A DNA stretch of 64,000 nucleotides from Gemmatimonadota bacterium (GCA_963666735.1 OY762926.1:2752001-2816000); one strand, 5' to 3'; positions 20,651-30,425 are shown, counted from the stretch's first letter. Notes: generated by a model not told the origin, from the sequence alone. Numbers and translations: made by a program.

Positions 20651-20750
20651 TACAAGGGAAACAAATGTCGCGCCGCTCGGTGTCGGATGCTTGACGCGAC
20701 GGCGGCGGAGCGACTGATCCCGGCCCCATCTTGAACAGACTGGAGGAGCC

Positions 20751-21218
20751 ATGAATAAGCGTTTGCTCACACTCTGTGTGCCGGTTGTCGTCGCCACGCT
20801 TGTCGCGGGTTGCGGCGGCGACGACCCCATGGACACGGAGCCGCCCGCGGACGCGGGTCCGCCCAACCTCTCGGGCACATACAATCTCGTGTCCCTGTCC
20901 GGCGCCATCACCGGGGGGATTACCTTTGCGCCACCCGTTGCCGTGGGGACGTTTACGCTGTCGCAGGACGCGACTTTCGAGGGCAGCGCGACAGGGACCC
21001 TCACGCTGAGCATCACGGTGACGAACCCGCTGGATGGCTCGGTGATTCAAACCATCGAGGACCAGGGAACGTTCACGGTGCGCACGGACGGGAGCTGGGA
21101 GCAGACGGGAGAGACGGCGCAGAACATCGGGACCTACTCGCTGGCGGGGAACGTCCTCACCGTCACGGTGACGGAGCCCGCGCCCAACGTCTCGACGACC
21201 GTTTGGCAGCGGCAGTAA
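20751..21218 (+). CDS. Lipocalin-like beta-barrel lipoprotein (hypothetical)
   Basis: GGAGG RBS, lipobox VAGC, LSGTYNLVS and GTYSLAGNVLTV. Confidence 0.75.
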   Translation: MNKRLLTLCVPVVVATLVAGCGGDDPMDTEPPADAGPPNLSGTYNLVSLSGAITGGITFAPPVAVGTFTLSQDATFEGSATGTLTLSITVTNPLDGSVIQTIEDQGTFTVRTDGSWEQTGETAQNIGTYSLAGNVLTVTVTEPAPNVSTTVWQRQ

Positions 21219-23368
21219 CAGTCGGTGCCCGCCGATGTCTCGCGGCAAGCACGGCGCTCGCCGCCTTCCTGGCGAGCGGCCGGCTTGCCGCCCAGGCCCA
21301 GGATGTCGTACGCGGCCGCGTTCTGGACGCGGAGACGGGCGCGCCCCTGGCCGGGGCCACCGTCCTCATCCGCGACACCCCGTTACGCGCGACGACGCGG
21401 GCCGATGGCGGGTTCGCGATCCCCTCCCCGTCCGATGGCGCCTTTACGCTGATCGTGGTCGCGGAGGGCTTCCGCGCCTCCGAACGCCGGATCGAGCCTG
21501 ATACGCCCGTAGAACTCAGCATCCTGCTCGAGCGCCGAATGCTCGACGTTCCCGAGTTGACCGTAACCGCGAGCCGCTCCGCCGCCCGGTCCGGAGAGGC
21601 CCCGGTAAGTGTCGCCGTCATGAGCGGCGACGAGCTCGGCAACCGCGACATCGTGACGCTCGACGAAGCGCTTCCGTTCGCGCAGGGCGTGATCTTCAAT
21701 TCCGGCCAGATGGACATCCGCGGCGCCACCGGTCTGGCGCGGGGCGTCGGCAGCCGCGTTCTCATGCTCCTCGATGGCCACCGCGTGCTCTCCGGGGTGG
21801 GCGCTTCCATCGATTTCAGCGGTCTCCCCGTGCTGGACGTGGACCGGATCGAGATCGTGAAAGGTCCACATTCCACCCTGTGGGGGACGAATGCGCTGGG
21901 CGGCGTCGTGAACGTGATCACGAAGCGGCCCTCCGCCGAGCCCGAGACCATCGTGCGCGGGTACGTCGGCCTCTTCGACACGCCGGCCCGGCATTCGTTC
22001 ACGGAGGAGAGGCTGAGCAGGGAAGGGATCGCGCTCCAACACTCCCGCCGCCTGGGCGATGCCGGCGCCACCCTGTTCCTCGCGCGCGAGGCATCGGACG
22101 GGTTCCGGCAGAACGGCGCGCTGGAACGCTGGCGGGTGCGGCTCAAGACCGTCTTCCCGGCGGAATCCTCCAATCCATGGGAGATCTTCGTCAACTGGAA
22201 GCGGAAGGACGAGGAGGAGTTCTTCACCTGGCTGTCGGCAGATCGTCCGCTGGAGGTCGACCCGGCCGAACTCGGAGACTGGATTCGCACGGACGATGTC
22301 GTCCTCGGCGTGACAGCCAATCCGATCGTCACGCCGAAACACCGCGTGCAGGTGCGGCCGCACGTCTACCACGCGAGATCCCGGAACCATTTTCACAACA
22401 ACGAGGATTTCCACCGCTCCACGAGAGTCGGCGCCGACATTCAGTGGTCCCTCTTCCCCAGCGGGTCGCATTCTCTGACGATCGGGGGCGAGGGCGCGCG
22501 GACGGACGTCGAGTCCAATTTCCTCGACCCCGCGCCCGAGGTGACGGACCTGGCCGTGTTCGCACAGGACGAGATCGCTTTCTCCGACCGGGTTCGCGGC
22601 TCTGTGGGCCTGAGGCTGGACTACCACGAGGCCACGGCGGCGATGAGGGATGTCGTGCTCAACCCGAAGCTCGGCCTCGTCTATCAGGCGAGCGAGCGGG
22701 TGAGCCTCCGAGGGTCCTTCAGCCGCGGCTACCGGTCACCGAGCGTGTCCGAGCAGTTCACGTCGACGACCCAGTTCGGCTTTCGCGTCATCCCCAATCT
22801 CGAGTTGCGGGGAGAATCGGCTTGGGCCCGGGAGGTCGGAGCGACCGTGACCCTCACCGATCGCGTCTGGCTCGATGCGGGATTGTTCTGGAGCGACTAT
22901 ACCGACCTCATCGAACCCTCGCCCGCGCCGAACAACGTGTTTGTGTTCCAGTTCCGCAACGTCGCCGAAGCCATGGTGCGAGGCGTCGACGCGGGCCTGC
23001 GGATCGGGGTGATACCGGATCGTCTGGATCTCCGCACGAACTACACGTTCCTCGACACGGAAGACCATCGGAGCGGGCGCGCGCTCCCCTACCGTTCGCG
23101 TCACAACTTCACCGCGACCGCCACCGGCTGGAGGGGCGCCGTCGCGGTCGACTTCCGCCACCGGAGCCGAGTGGAGCAGGTGCTTGCCTTCCCGCTCGAT
23201 GAGCGCAACGCGATCACCCTTGTCGACCTTCGTGTGGGCACCCGGATCCTGGGGACCCGCGTACAGGCGAAGATCGAGAACCTGTTCCAGACCATTTACG
23301 TGGATGTGCAGGAACGGAGTCCCGGACAGAGCCGGAGCTTTCGCCTCACCGTAACCCCCCGCTTCTAG
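21203..23368 (+). CDS. TonB-dependent receptor with N-terminal carboxypeptidase-regulatory-like domain
   Basis: RGRVLDAETGAPLAGATV, TonB box LTVTASR, plug IRG...LDG...RIEIVKGP..TLWG.NALGGVVNVITK, ENLF and terminal F. Start uncertain (TTG at 21203). Confidence 0.9.
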   Translation: MAAAVTVGARRCLAASTALAAFLASGRLAAQAQDVVRGRVLDAETGAPLAGATVLIRDTPLRATTRADGGFAIPSPSDGAFTLIVVAEGFRASERRIEPDTPVELSILLERRMLDVPELTVTASRSAARSGEAPVSVAVMSGDELGNRDIVTLDEALPFAQGVIFNSGQMDIRGATGLARGVGSRVLMLLDGHRVLSGVGASIDFSGLPVLDVDRIEIVKGPHSTLWGTNALGGVVNVITKRPSAEPETIVRGYVGLFDTPARHSFTEERLSREGIALQHSRRLGDAGATLFLAREASDGFRQNGALERWRVRLKTVFPAESSNPWEIFVNWKRKDEEEFFTWLSADRPLEVDPAELGDWIRTDDVVLGVTANPIVTPKHRVQVRPHVYHARSRNHFHNNEDFHRSTRVGADIQWSLFPSGSHSLTIGGEGARTDVESNFLDPAPEVTDLAVFAQDEIAFSDRVRGSVGLRLDYHEATAAMRDVVLNPKLGLVYQASERVSLRGSFSRGYRSPSVSEQFTSTTQFGFRVIPNLELRGESAWAREVGATVTLTDRVWLDAGLFWSDYTDLIEPSPAPNNVFVFQFRNVAEAMVRGVDAGLRIGVIPDRLDLRTNYTFLDTEDHRSGRALPYRSRHNFTATATGWRGAVAVDFRHRSRVEQVLAFPLDERNAITLVDLRVGTRILGTRVQAKIENLFQTIYVDVQERSPGQSRSFRLTVTPRF

Positions 23369-23371
23369 CTT

Positions 23372-25609
23372 TTGATTCGGCTGATTCGGCTGATTCGGCG
23401 CAAACCGGGCGCCCGGCTGTCGGCCGGCGCACTGCTCACCGTCTGCGCACTGTCGGCGTGCGAACCGCCGCTCACCGGGAACGCCGGGAGCGGAGCCGGC
23501 CGTGTCACGCGGGATCGACTGCTGGCGACCGACACCGTCCCCGCGGAGTGGATGACGTCGGGCCGCGACTTCGGTGAAACCCGCTACTCTCCGCTCGGGC
23601 GCATTCACGTCATGAACGCGGTTGCCGTCGGTCTCGCCTGGGAGTACGAGTGGCGATCCCATGTCGGGTCCGTGCACTGGGGGCTCGAGGCCACGCCCGT
23701 CGTCGTCGACGGCGTGATGTATTCGCCTGGCCCCTGGGGAAGCGTCGCGGCGCTCGACGCGGCGACGGGAGAACTCGTGTGGCGCCACGACCCCGACGTC
23801 GACCCGAGCTACACGCGCAAGGGTTGCTGCGGCCCCGTCAACCGCGGACTCGAGGTGTGGGAGGGCCGCGTCTACACTGGCACCTTCGACGGCTGGCTGG
23901 TGGCGCTCGACGCCGCGACGGGCGAGGAGGTGTGGCGCGCCGACACCTTCATCGACCGGTCGCTCTCCTACACGAGCACCGGCTCGCCGCAGATCGCCGG
24001 CGATGTCGTCGTCCTCGGCAACGCCGGCGGCGACTTCGGTGTGCGCGGGTACATCACGGCCTACGATCTGGAGACCGGCGAGGAGGCGTGGCGCTTCTTC
24101 ACGGTTCCCGGCGATCCGGCCGATGGCTTCGAGCACCCGGAGATGGAGGTGGCGGCCGCCACGTGGGACCCGGATTCGGCCTGGGAGGGCGGACTCGGGG
24201 GCACTGTGTGGGGCGAGATGGCCTACGACCCCGTGCTCGACCTCCTCTACGTGGGGACGGGGAACTCCTACCCGTACCCGATCTGGCACCGCAGCCCATC
24301 GGGGGGCGACAACCTCTACCTCGTCTCCATCCTCGCCATCGACCCGAAGACCGGTCGTCTCGTCTGGCACTACCAGACGGTGCCGGGCGAGATCTGGGAC
24401 TACACCGCGACGCAGAACATCATCCTGAGCACGGTCACGATCGACGGCCGGCCGCGCGAGGTTCTGCTCCAGGCTCCGAAGAACGGCTTCTTCTACGTGC
24501 TCGACCGCGCCACGGGCGAACTGCTGCAGGCGGAGAACTTCGTGACCGTCACCTGGGCGCAGGGGATCGATCTCGATACGGGCCGGCCGGTCCCGAACCC
24601 CGCCGCGGACTATCGCGACGAGCCGCGCGTCGTCTTCCCCTCCTCCGCGGGCGGGCACAACTGGCAGCCGATGTCCTTCGATCCCGAGACGGGCATCGCC
24701 TACATCCCCGCCCGCGAGCAGGCCATGCTGTGGCGGTCGCTGGACGAGTTCGACCATCGCCCCGAGGTCGCGTACGAAGGCTTCACGGCCTCCTGGCCTC
24801 CGTTCCCGGAGGAGTTCGCGCACCTCGCGGAGGGTCTCCCGGATATCGGTCCGAACGAGTTTCTCCTCGCGTGGGATCCGGTCGCGGGGCACGAGTTGTG
24901 GCGGGTTCCGCGCGGGAGCATGTGGAACGGAGGCACCCTCGTGACGGGCGGGAACCTCGTCATCCAGGGGACGGCGGCGGGCACGCTGGACTTCCACCAG
25001 GCCGACACCGGCGAACGCATCCACAGCATCCATCTCGGCAGCGGCGTGATGGCGGGGCCCATGACGTACGAGGTCGACGGCGTGCAGTACATCGCGGTCA
25101 TGGCGGGCTACGGCGGGCCGAGGGGATCCGCCTATCCGCCCGGTTCGGCGGCGTACGACTACGAGAGCACGGGACGGCTGCTCGTGTTCAGGCTCGACGG
25201 CGGGGCGGTGCCGCTACCGCCCGCGCAGGTCGTGCCGACGACGCCGGAACCGCCGGATCTGGCGCTCGACGCGGCCAGGGTCCGGCGCGGGGCGGAACTC
25301 TTCGGGGTCCACTGCAGCATTTGCCACCGGGCCTCGGACGAACATCTCTCCGCCTATCCGGATCTGCGCCGCATGGACGGCGGCGCGTGGGAGAGTTTCG
25401 ACGCCGTGGTGCTTGGCGGCGCGCTCGCCGTGAACGGCATGGCGGGGTTCGGCGACCTGCTCTCGATAGAGGACGCGACCGCGATCCGGCACTACCTCAC
25501 GAGCGAGCAGCGGCGCCTGTGGGAGGCGGAGTTCAGTCGGGGGGCGGCCCGGCGGGTCCCTCCGCCTTCGCCACGTCGAGTTCGACCGTCCGCTTCAGGT
25601 CCTGGTTGA
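23372..25609 (+). CDS. PQQ-dependent quinohemoprotein alcohol dehydrogenase (type II) with C-terminal cytochrome c
   Basis: RYSPL, GLEATPVV, vicinal CC (GCCGPVNRG), WDYTATQ, APKNGFFYVLDR, GGHNWQPM and heme motif CSICH. Start uncertain. Confidence 0.92.
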   Translation: MIRLIRLIRRKPGARLSAGALLTVCALSACEPPLTGNAGSGAGRVTRDRLLATDTVPAEWMTSGRDFGETRYSPLGRIHVMNAVAVGLAWEYEWRSHVGSVHWGLEATPVVVDGVMYSPGPWGSVAALDAATGELVWRHDPDVDPSYTRKGCCGPVNRGLEVWEGRVYTGTFDGWLVALDAATGEEVWRADTFIDRSLSYTSTGSPQIAGDVVVLGNAGGDFGVRGYITAYDLETGEEAWRFFTVPGDPADGFEHPEMEVAAATWDPDSAWEGGLGGTVWGEMAYDPVLDLLYVGTGNSYPYPIWHRSPSGGDNLYLVSILAIDPKTGRLVWHYQTVPGEIWDYTATQNIILSTVTIDGRPREVLLQAPKNGFFYVLDRATGELLQAENFVTVTWAQGIDLDTGRPVPNPAADYRDEPRVVFPSSAGGHNWQPMSFDPETGIAYIPAREQAMLWRSLDEFDHRPEVAYEGFTASWPPFPEEFAHLAEGLPDIGPNEFLLAWDPVAGHELWRVPRGSMWNGGTLVTGGNLVIQGTAAGTLDFHQADTGERIHSIHLGSGVMAGPMTYEVDGVQYIAVMAGYGGPRGSAYPPGSAAYDYESTGRLLVFRLDGGAVPLPPAQVVPTTPEPPDLALDAARVRRGAELFGVHCSICHRASDEHLSAYPDLRRMDGGAWESFDAVVLGGALAVNGMAGFGDLLSIEDATAIRHYLTSEQRRLWEAEFSRGAARRVPPPSPRRVRPSASGPG

Positions 25610-25949
25610 TGAAGATCGGAAACGTGTACCCGCCGTATTTCTGGAACGTCAGGTGGTTGATGCCCACGACGTGATTGAAGGTGGCCGCCTTCCCCGGCGG
25701 GGCCTGGACGGAGAAGCCGCCCGTCACCTTGAAGAGTTCCTGTCCGTCTTCGTCCATGCACCGGATTTCCAGCGCGTGCTGCCGGTCGGTCTCGGAGGGC
25801 TCGGCCCGGATCCTCAGGACCAGTTGCATGGACGGGTGGGTCACCGGCATCGCCCCGGCGTAGAGCGTGTCGAAGAGGCCCATCAGATTGAGCTTGCCAT
25901 CGCTCGAGGTATTGGCGGCATCGGCCAGTGTGGCCAGCACGATTTCCAT
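25533..25949 (-). CDS. Conserved hypothetical protein (DUF6941-like)
   Basis: LADAANTSSDGKLNLMGLFD...HP...FQKYGGYTF pattern. Converges with and overlaps the ADH 3' end. Confidence 0.72.
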   Translation of the reverse strand: MEIVLATLADAANTSSDGKLNLMGLFDTLYAGAMPVTHPSMQLVLRIRAEPSETDRQHALEIRCMDEDGQELFKVTGGFSVQAPPGKAATFNHVVGINHLTFQKYGGYTFPIFINQDLKRTVELDVAKAEGPAGPPPD

Positions 25950-26040
25950 TCGGCGGTTCTCCAGGGGGCGTATGGGTGCAAGGAGTTCGGCGGACCGGAA
26001 GTGTAACGGTTGGGGCGTCTCGGCGAATCCGGGGCGGGTG

Positions 26041-26715
26041 TCAGCCGAAGATGCCTCCCACGATTTCGAGGATCGCCTCGAACACGCTCCCCGCCGCCTC
26101 TCCCACGGCCTCGAGCGCGGCGGGCGCCGCTTCCGCCGCCGCCGCCACGGCGTGGCCGGCGACGTGCGCGCCCACGAAGACGAGATCCGGTGCCCAGAAG
26201 AGCGTCTCGAACAGGACATCCGCGCCGGTGTCCGCGGTGCGCGCGACCGCGCCGTCGCGCCCCCGCCGCGCGACGAGCCGGTCCCTCTCCATCTCCCAGA
26301 TCGCCTCGAGCTCATGGTGGTCGAACCACACGCCCTTGCACCGCTTGCACACATCGAGCGTGAGCGAGGACGGGCTCACCTGCAGCATTCGCGTGTCGCA
26401 GGCCGGACAGTTCAGCCGCGTCTTCGCCCCGCACGCGGGGCATTTCGGCGCGTCACGGTCCACGAAGGCGCGACACGTGTGGCACTGGGCCCGGTGCCGC
26501 TCCTCCCGCGCCGGAATCCGCGCCCACAGCGACTCGGGCCGTTCGGAACGGAGGCGCTGCACCTCCCCCAACTCGAACCACATGCCGCCGCAACGGGCGC
26601 AATGGTCGAGCGTCAGCGGACCCGACGCGTCTCCGGCCCCGGTCCCCAGAGACGTCTTCTCCATCTTGACCCCGAGACAGACGGGGCACGGCCAGCGCGT
26701 CTCGCTCACGACCAC
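26041..26715 (-). CDS. zf-TFIIB-like multi-zinc-ribbon protein
   Basis: CPVC...CARCGGMWFELGE, CHTC...CPAC and CPAC...CKRCKGVWFDHHEL. Confidence 0.85.
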   Translation of the reverse strand: MVVSETRWPCPVCLGVKMEKTSLGTGAGDASGPLTLDHCARCGGMWFELGEVQRLRSERPESLWARIPAREERHRAQCHTCRAFVDRDAPKCPACGAKTRLNCPACDTRMLQVSPSSLTLDVCKRCKGVWFDHHELEAIWEMERDRLVARRGRDGAVARTADTGADVLFETLFWAPDLVFVGAHVAGHAVAAAAEAAPAALEAVGEAAGSVFEAILEIVGGIFG

Positions 26716-26725
26716 GGCCCTCCCG

Positions 26726-27178
26726 TCACGGCTCCAGGAGGCCGCGGGCGGTTTCCTTCTCCGACAGGTGCCGCACGTCGTGGAAGGTGTACACGAGCAG
26801 ACCCGAATCGGTGATCTCGATGTCGGCCATTTCCCGCGCCATCAGTTCGTTCAGAAGCTCCTCGGCCAGCGTCGCCGGCACCGCCAGTTCCCCGGCGACC
26901 TCGACCGCCGTCAACCGCCCGCCGTGGCGCCCCGCCATCGTCAGGATCTCGGCCTCGAGGGTGTCGCGGCGGAGTTCTTCCCGCCGGCCTTCGATGCGGC
27001 GTCCGACCCCGAAGTGGCGCGCAAGGAGAAAGCCGCCGCCGGCCGCGGGCAGTCCGGCCGCGATGAAGAGCGCGAACAGCGTCCTCAGGGCGAACGGATC
27101 GGCGCCCGAGCGCAGGAACCCCACGACCATGAACAACGCGAGCGCCAGGAGAGCGACGCCTCCCACGAGTCTCCCCAC
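26726..27178 (-). CDS. Two-TM membrane protein with winged-helix-like C-terminus
   Basis: Two hydrophobic helices followed by GGRLTAVEVA...ITDSGLLVYTF. Confidence 0.75.
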   Translation of the reverse strand: MGRLVGGVALLALALFMVVGFLRSGADPFALRTLFALFIAAGLPAAGGGFLLARHFGVGRRIEGRREELRRDTLEAEILTMAGRHGGRLTAVEVAGELAVPATLAEELLNELMAREMADIEITDSGLLVYTFHDVRHLSEKETARGLLEP

Positions 27179-27199
27179 CGCGTCAACCCCCGGCCGCGC

Positions 27200-28693
27200 T
27201 CACGCGGGGTCGCCCTCGTACACGAAGCGTTCGACCGCGCCGTGGATCCGCGACACGGTCACGTCGCTCGGCGGGAGCGTGAACCGGCTCACGACCCACG
27301 TCACGGCGAAGTTCACCAGCAGTCCCCACACGCCGCCGTGCAGCCCCAGCGGGTGGGGCACGAGGATGAGGGTGACGCACAGCGTCGCGAGGCCCGCCCC
27401 GATGCCCGCGATGACCCCGGCCTTCGTCGTCAGACGGCGGCTCGGGAAGCAGACGCCGAGGATCGCCGGCATCAGTTGCAGCGCCCCCGAGCCCGAGAGC
27501 GCCACGAGTTCCACGAGGAAATCGAACGTGCTCACGGAGAGGAAGTACCCCACGGCCAGGAGGGCCACGACGATGAGCCGGCCGATGAGGATGTAGTGGT
27601 CCTGGCTCGCGCCGGTGCGGATGTAGCGCTGGTACACATCGCGCGTCAGCACCGTCATGTTCGCGTGCAGCATCGAGTCGAGCGTGGACATCGCCGCCGC
27701 CGTCGCGCCCGCCAGAATCGCACCCGTGAGCCAGGGCGGGGCATACGCGAAGAGCATCTCCGGGAAGATCCGGTCCGGGATCGCGATGTCCGGCATCACG
27801 AGCGCGCCGCCCAGGCCGACGAGCGCCGCCGGGATGTAGAGCGTCATGAGGTAGATCGGCGTCGTGGCGCCCAGCAGCTTGATCGTGCGGGCCGAAACCG
27901 CCGTGTAGTACCGGATGAGGAGGTGCGGCTGGAAGATGATCCCGAACGAGAGCACGACGATCATCCCGAACCACATCCCCGGCGTGAAGAAGCCCTCCGG
28001 CCCCGGCAGCGTGAGGAGGTCGGGGCGCTGTACCGCGACCTGCCGCCACAGCTCGAACGGTCCGCCGAAGAGCTTGAAGGCGAGGACCAGAGCGCCCGCC
28101 CACACGGCGATGTACATCCACACGCCCTGGATCACATCCGTCCAGTAGACCGCCCGCAGACCCCCCGCGATGAGGTAGCCGGCGGCGACCACGAGCAGGA
28201 TCAGCGTCCCCAATTCGAACGAGATCCGATCGCCGGACGCGACCGACAGGATGTAGCCCAGCCCCACCGCCTGGACCTGGATGTAGAGGATGGTGAACAG
28301 GACCGACACGATGGCGGTCACCACCCGCACCGCATCCGACTCGTAGAAGTCCGCCAGCAGATCCGCCGGCGTGATGTAGCCGAACGTCTTCCCCAGCGCC
28401 CAGATCCGGCTCCCGAGCACGTAGGTGATCGCGCCGACGAGCACCGTCCACGCGCCCGCCGCCCAGAACCCGATCCCGTGCGTGTAGAAGAAGCCGCCCG
28501 AACCGAGGAAGGCGAACGCGGAATGGTAGGTGGCGACGACCGTGAGATAGAGGACGATGAACCCGGCCTTGCGTCCGTAGAGGAGGAAGTCCTCCAGGTC
28601 CACGGACATGCGCCGGTTCGCGATCGCCCCCAGCACGATGGTTGCGAGGAGGTAGACGAAGATGAGACCGGTCGCGACGACCCAGGCCTCCAT
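27200..28693 (-). CDS. Sodium:solute symporter family protein
   Basis: About 13 TM helices; SAFAFLG, GYITPAD, GGLRAVYWTDVIQG and AAAMSTLDS. Confidence 0.93.
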   Translation of the reverse strand: MEAWVVATGLIFVYLLATIVLGAIANRRMSVDLEDFLLYGRKAGFIVLYLTVVATYHSAFAFLGSGGFFYTHGIGFWAAGAWTVLVGAITYVLGSRIWALGKTFGYITPADLLADFYESDAVRVVTAIVSVLFTILYIQVQAVGLGYILSVASGDRISFELGTLILLVVAAGYLIAGGLRAVYWTDVIQGVWMYIAVWAGALVLAFKLFGGPFELWRQVAVQRPDLLTLPGPEGFFTPGMWFGMIVVLSFGIIFQPHLLIRYYTAVSARTIKLLGATTPIYLMTLYIPAALVGLGGALVMPDIAIPDRIFPEMLFAYAPPWLTGAILAGATAAAMSTLDSMLHANMTVLTRDVYQRYIRTGASQDHYILIGRLIVVALLAVGYFLSVSTFDFLVELVALSGSGALQLMPAILGVCFPSRRLTTKAGVIAGIGAGLATLCVTLILVPHPLGLHGGVWGLLVNFAVTWVVSRFTLPPSDVTVSRIHGAVERFVYEGDPA

Positions 28694-28917
28694 TAGAGCC
28701 CCCGCCTCTGCACCCGGATCAGAACGCCGATGAGAAGGACGTAGAAGACGAGCAGGTACACGTAGAGGAAGGGCATGCCCCCGATCCACGGCTCGACGCG
28801 GTTGCCGATCCAGTACACGAGCGGTGGCTGCGTGAACGCGAACAGCACCAGAAAGAGGGCGACGAGCCGGCGGCCCGTCGGCGTTCGCGGCAGGAAGTGC
28901 GACCGGAAGCGTGTCAT
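28693..28917 (-). CDS. Small 2-TM SSS-accessory membrane protein (DUF3311-like)
   Basis: NRVEPWIGGMPF motif; translationally coupled to the SSS gene. Confidence 0.82.
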   Translation of the reverse strand: MTRFRSHFLPRTPTGRRLVALFLVLFAFTQPPLVYWIGNRVEPWIGGMPFLYVYLLVFYVLLIGVLIRVQRRGL

Positions 28918-29005
28918 GACCGCCAACCTAGCAGCCCGCCGCTGGGTCTTGCCACGGGCTGCCGGCCGCTGGGTCGCGCCAACGGACAGCCGTCCGGGGC
29001 CGTCG

Positions 29006-30160
29006 TCAGCGGCCGGCGTCCTCGCCCACGATCGTCACATCGAAACGGTCGAGCACGAGGTCGATCGGGTTCGCGATCGTGAGCCGGCCGTCGCCGGCGA
29101 AGAGCAGCGCGACCGGCTTGCGGTCGTCCGGGCCCGCGTTCCCGTCGCGATCCAGGTCGCGCGCCACGATCAGCGAGCCCGAATCGCCGCCCTTGCTGAA
29201 GTTGCAGCAGACCATGATCTGACCGACAAAGCGGGCCACCTGCGAACCGGCCGACCCGTAGGTCACGTTGATCGACGCGTTGACCGCCTCCACTTCCCCG
29301 ACCGTGAGGCGCGTCGTCCGCCCGTACTTCTGGACCTGCAGCCCCGGCTTCGCCGCCATCGTCGTGCTGCGCGGCGACCCGTAGCCCCCCACCGGCGTCT
29401 CCGGCAGCACCTCGTCCGTGCGCGCGATCGCCGCATCGATCCGGTTGGACGCGAACGGCGACAGAGACACCGGCTCGAATGCCGCCAGCGTGGCGATCGC
29501 GTCTCCGGGATCCGCGCCGCCGTCCACGGGGCCCGGTTGCAGGAGATTGTCGCCCACCTGTCCCTCGCCGCCCGGCACGAACACGTGCCAGTTGCTGAGC
29601 GCGTACCGGCGCTCGCCATCCGTCACGACGGCACCGATCGTGCCCGCCGTGGAGCGTGTGTGCCCCGTGGACACGCCCATGGGCACCGGTCGATCGAAGC
29701 GTCCCGTGGGTACCGGTCCTTCGTCTCCTTCGTCCGCCGCCGCCGGAGCGGCGGGTTCCGGCGGCAGAACGCGGAACGGGCCCGCCGGCGCGACGGTGAC
29801 GGGAAAGAGACCGAGCGTCTCCGGGATGCCCTGGAGGCCACGGGATGCCGGGGACGCACCGGGGTCGACGAAGACCTTGATCGTCGGCATCCCGGCGTCG
29901 GTGAAACCGATCCCCACGCCGACCACGCCCGGCAAGGCGAAGAGCGTCGATTCGTAGTCGCTCTGAAGCTGCATGGCGGCGGCGAGCAACTCCTGAGCGG
30001 AGGTGCCCGGGGGACGCAGCGGCGGACGGGTTGGCAGCCGCGGCGGCGGCAGCGTCGGGGGCCGCGGCGGCCAGGACGCCAGCGTCCAGTGGATGCCGAC
30101 CCCCACGCACGTGACGACCGCGATCGTGATCGCAAGAACGAGGTTTCGACGCGGCGTCAT
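29006..30160 (-). CDS. Secreted/membrane-anchored trypsin-like (clan PA) serine protease with N-terminal prodomain
   Basis: Catalytic triad motifs LSNWHV, IDAAIA and GGDSGS; AGTIGAVV, LLQPG and KYGRTT; N-terminal hydrophobic segment and Pro-rich linker. Confidence 0.85.
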   Translation of the reverse strand: MTPRRNLVLAITIAVVTCVGVGIHWTLASWPPRPPTLPPPRLPTRPPLRPPGTSAQELLAAAMQLQSDYESTLFALPGVVGVGIGFTDAGMPTIKVFVDPGASPASRGLQGIPETLGLFPVTVAPAGPFRVLPPEPAAPAAADEGDEGPVPTGRFDRPVPMGVSTGHTRSTAGTIGAVVTDGERRYALSNWHVFVPGGEGQVGDNLLQPGPVDGGADPGDAIATLAAFEPVSLSPFASNRIDAAIARTDEVLPETPVGGYGSPRSTTMAAKPGLQVQKYGRTTRLTVGEVEAVNASINVTYGSAGSQVARFVGQIMVCCNFSKGGDSGSLIVARDLDRDGNAGPDDRKPVALLFAGDGRLTIANPIDLVLDRFDVTIVGEDAGR

Positions 30161-30179
30161 CGCCTGTTCTCTCCGCCCG

Positions 30180-30425
30180 TCACGCGCTGCCGGCCAATGG
30201 GCCCGGCGGCCCGTTCCCCTGCGCCCGGAACGGGCCCCCGCCGACCACCCGCACCGGGTGTCCATCGTAGCGGTCGGGAATCGATTTCCGGGAGGAGGAC
30301 CCGGACAGGTAGACCTTCAGGCACGGGTCTCCGTTGTCGGCCCCGATGCCCACGGCGGACACGTCACTGCGCGAGAGCAGCTTCTCGGCGAGTCGCTGCT
30401 GCGCATCTTCGATCGAGCGTTTCAT
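30180..30425 (-). CDS. Small protein homologous to the N-terminal domain of the adjacent protease
   Basis: AAGGAGG RBS. VSAVGIG..GDPCLKVYL...IPDRYDGHPVRVVGGGPFR aligns with VVGVGIG..GMPTIKVFV...IPETLGLFPVTVAPAGPFR in the protease. Confidence 0.8.
   Translation of the reverse strand: MKRSIEDAQQRLAEKLLSRSDVSAVGIGADNGDPCLKVYLSGSSSRKSIPDRYDGHPVRVVGGGPFRAQGNGPPGPLAGSA

Noticed and set aside
20650..20750. Riboswitch upstream of the lipoprotein/TonB receptor
   Set aside because: No cobalamin, TPP or other conserved riboswitch core was recognisable. An Rfam scan would be decisive.
23372..25609. Lanthanide-dependent (XoxF/ExaF-type) dehydrogenase
   Set aside because: It has WDYT rather than the extra Asp (DxD) and carries a fused cytochrome c typical of type II ADH.
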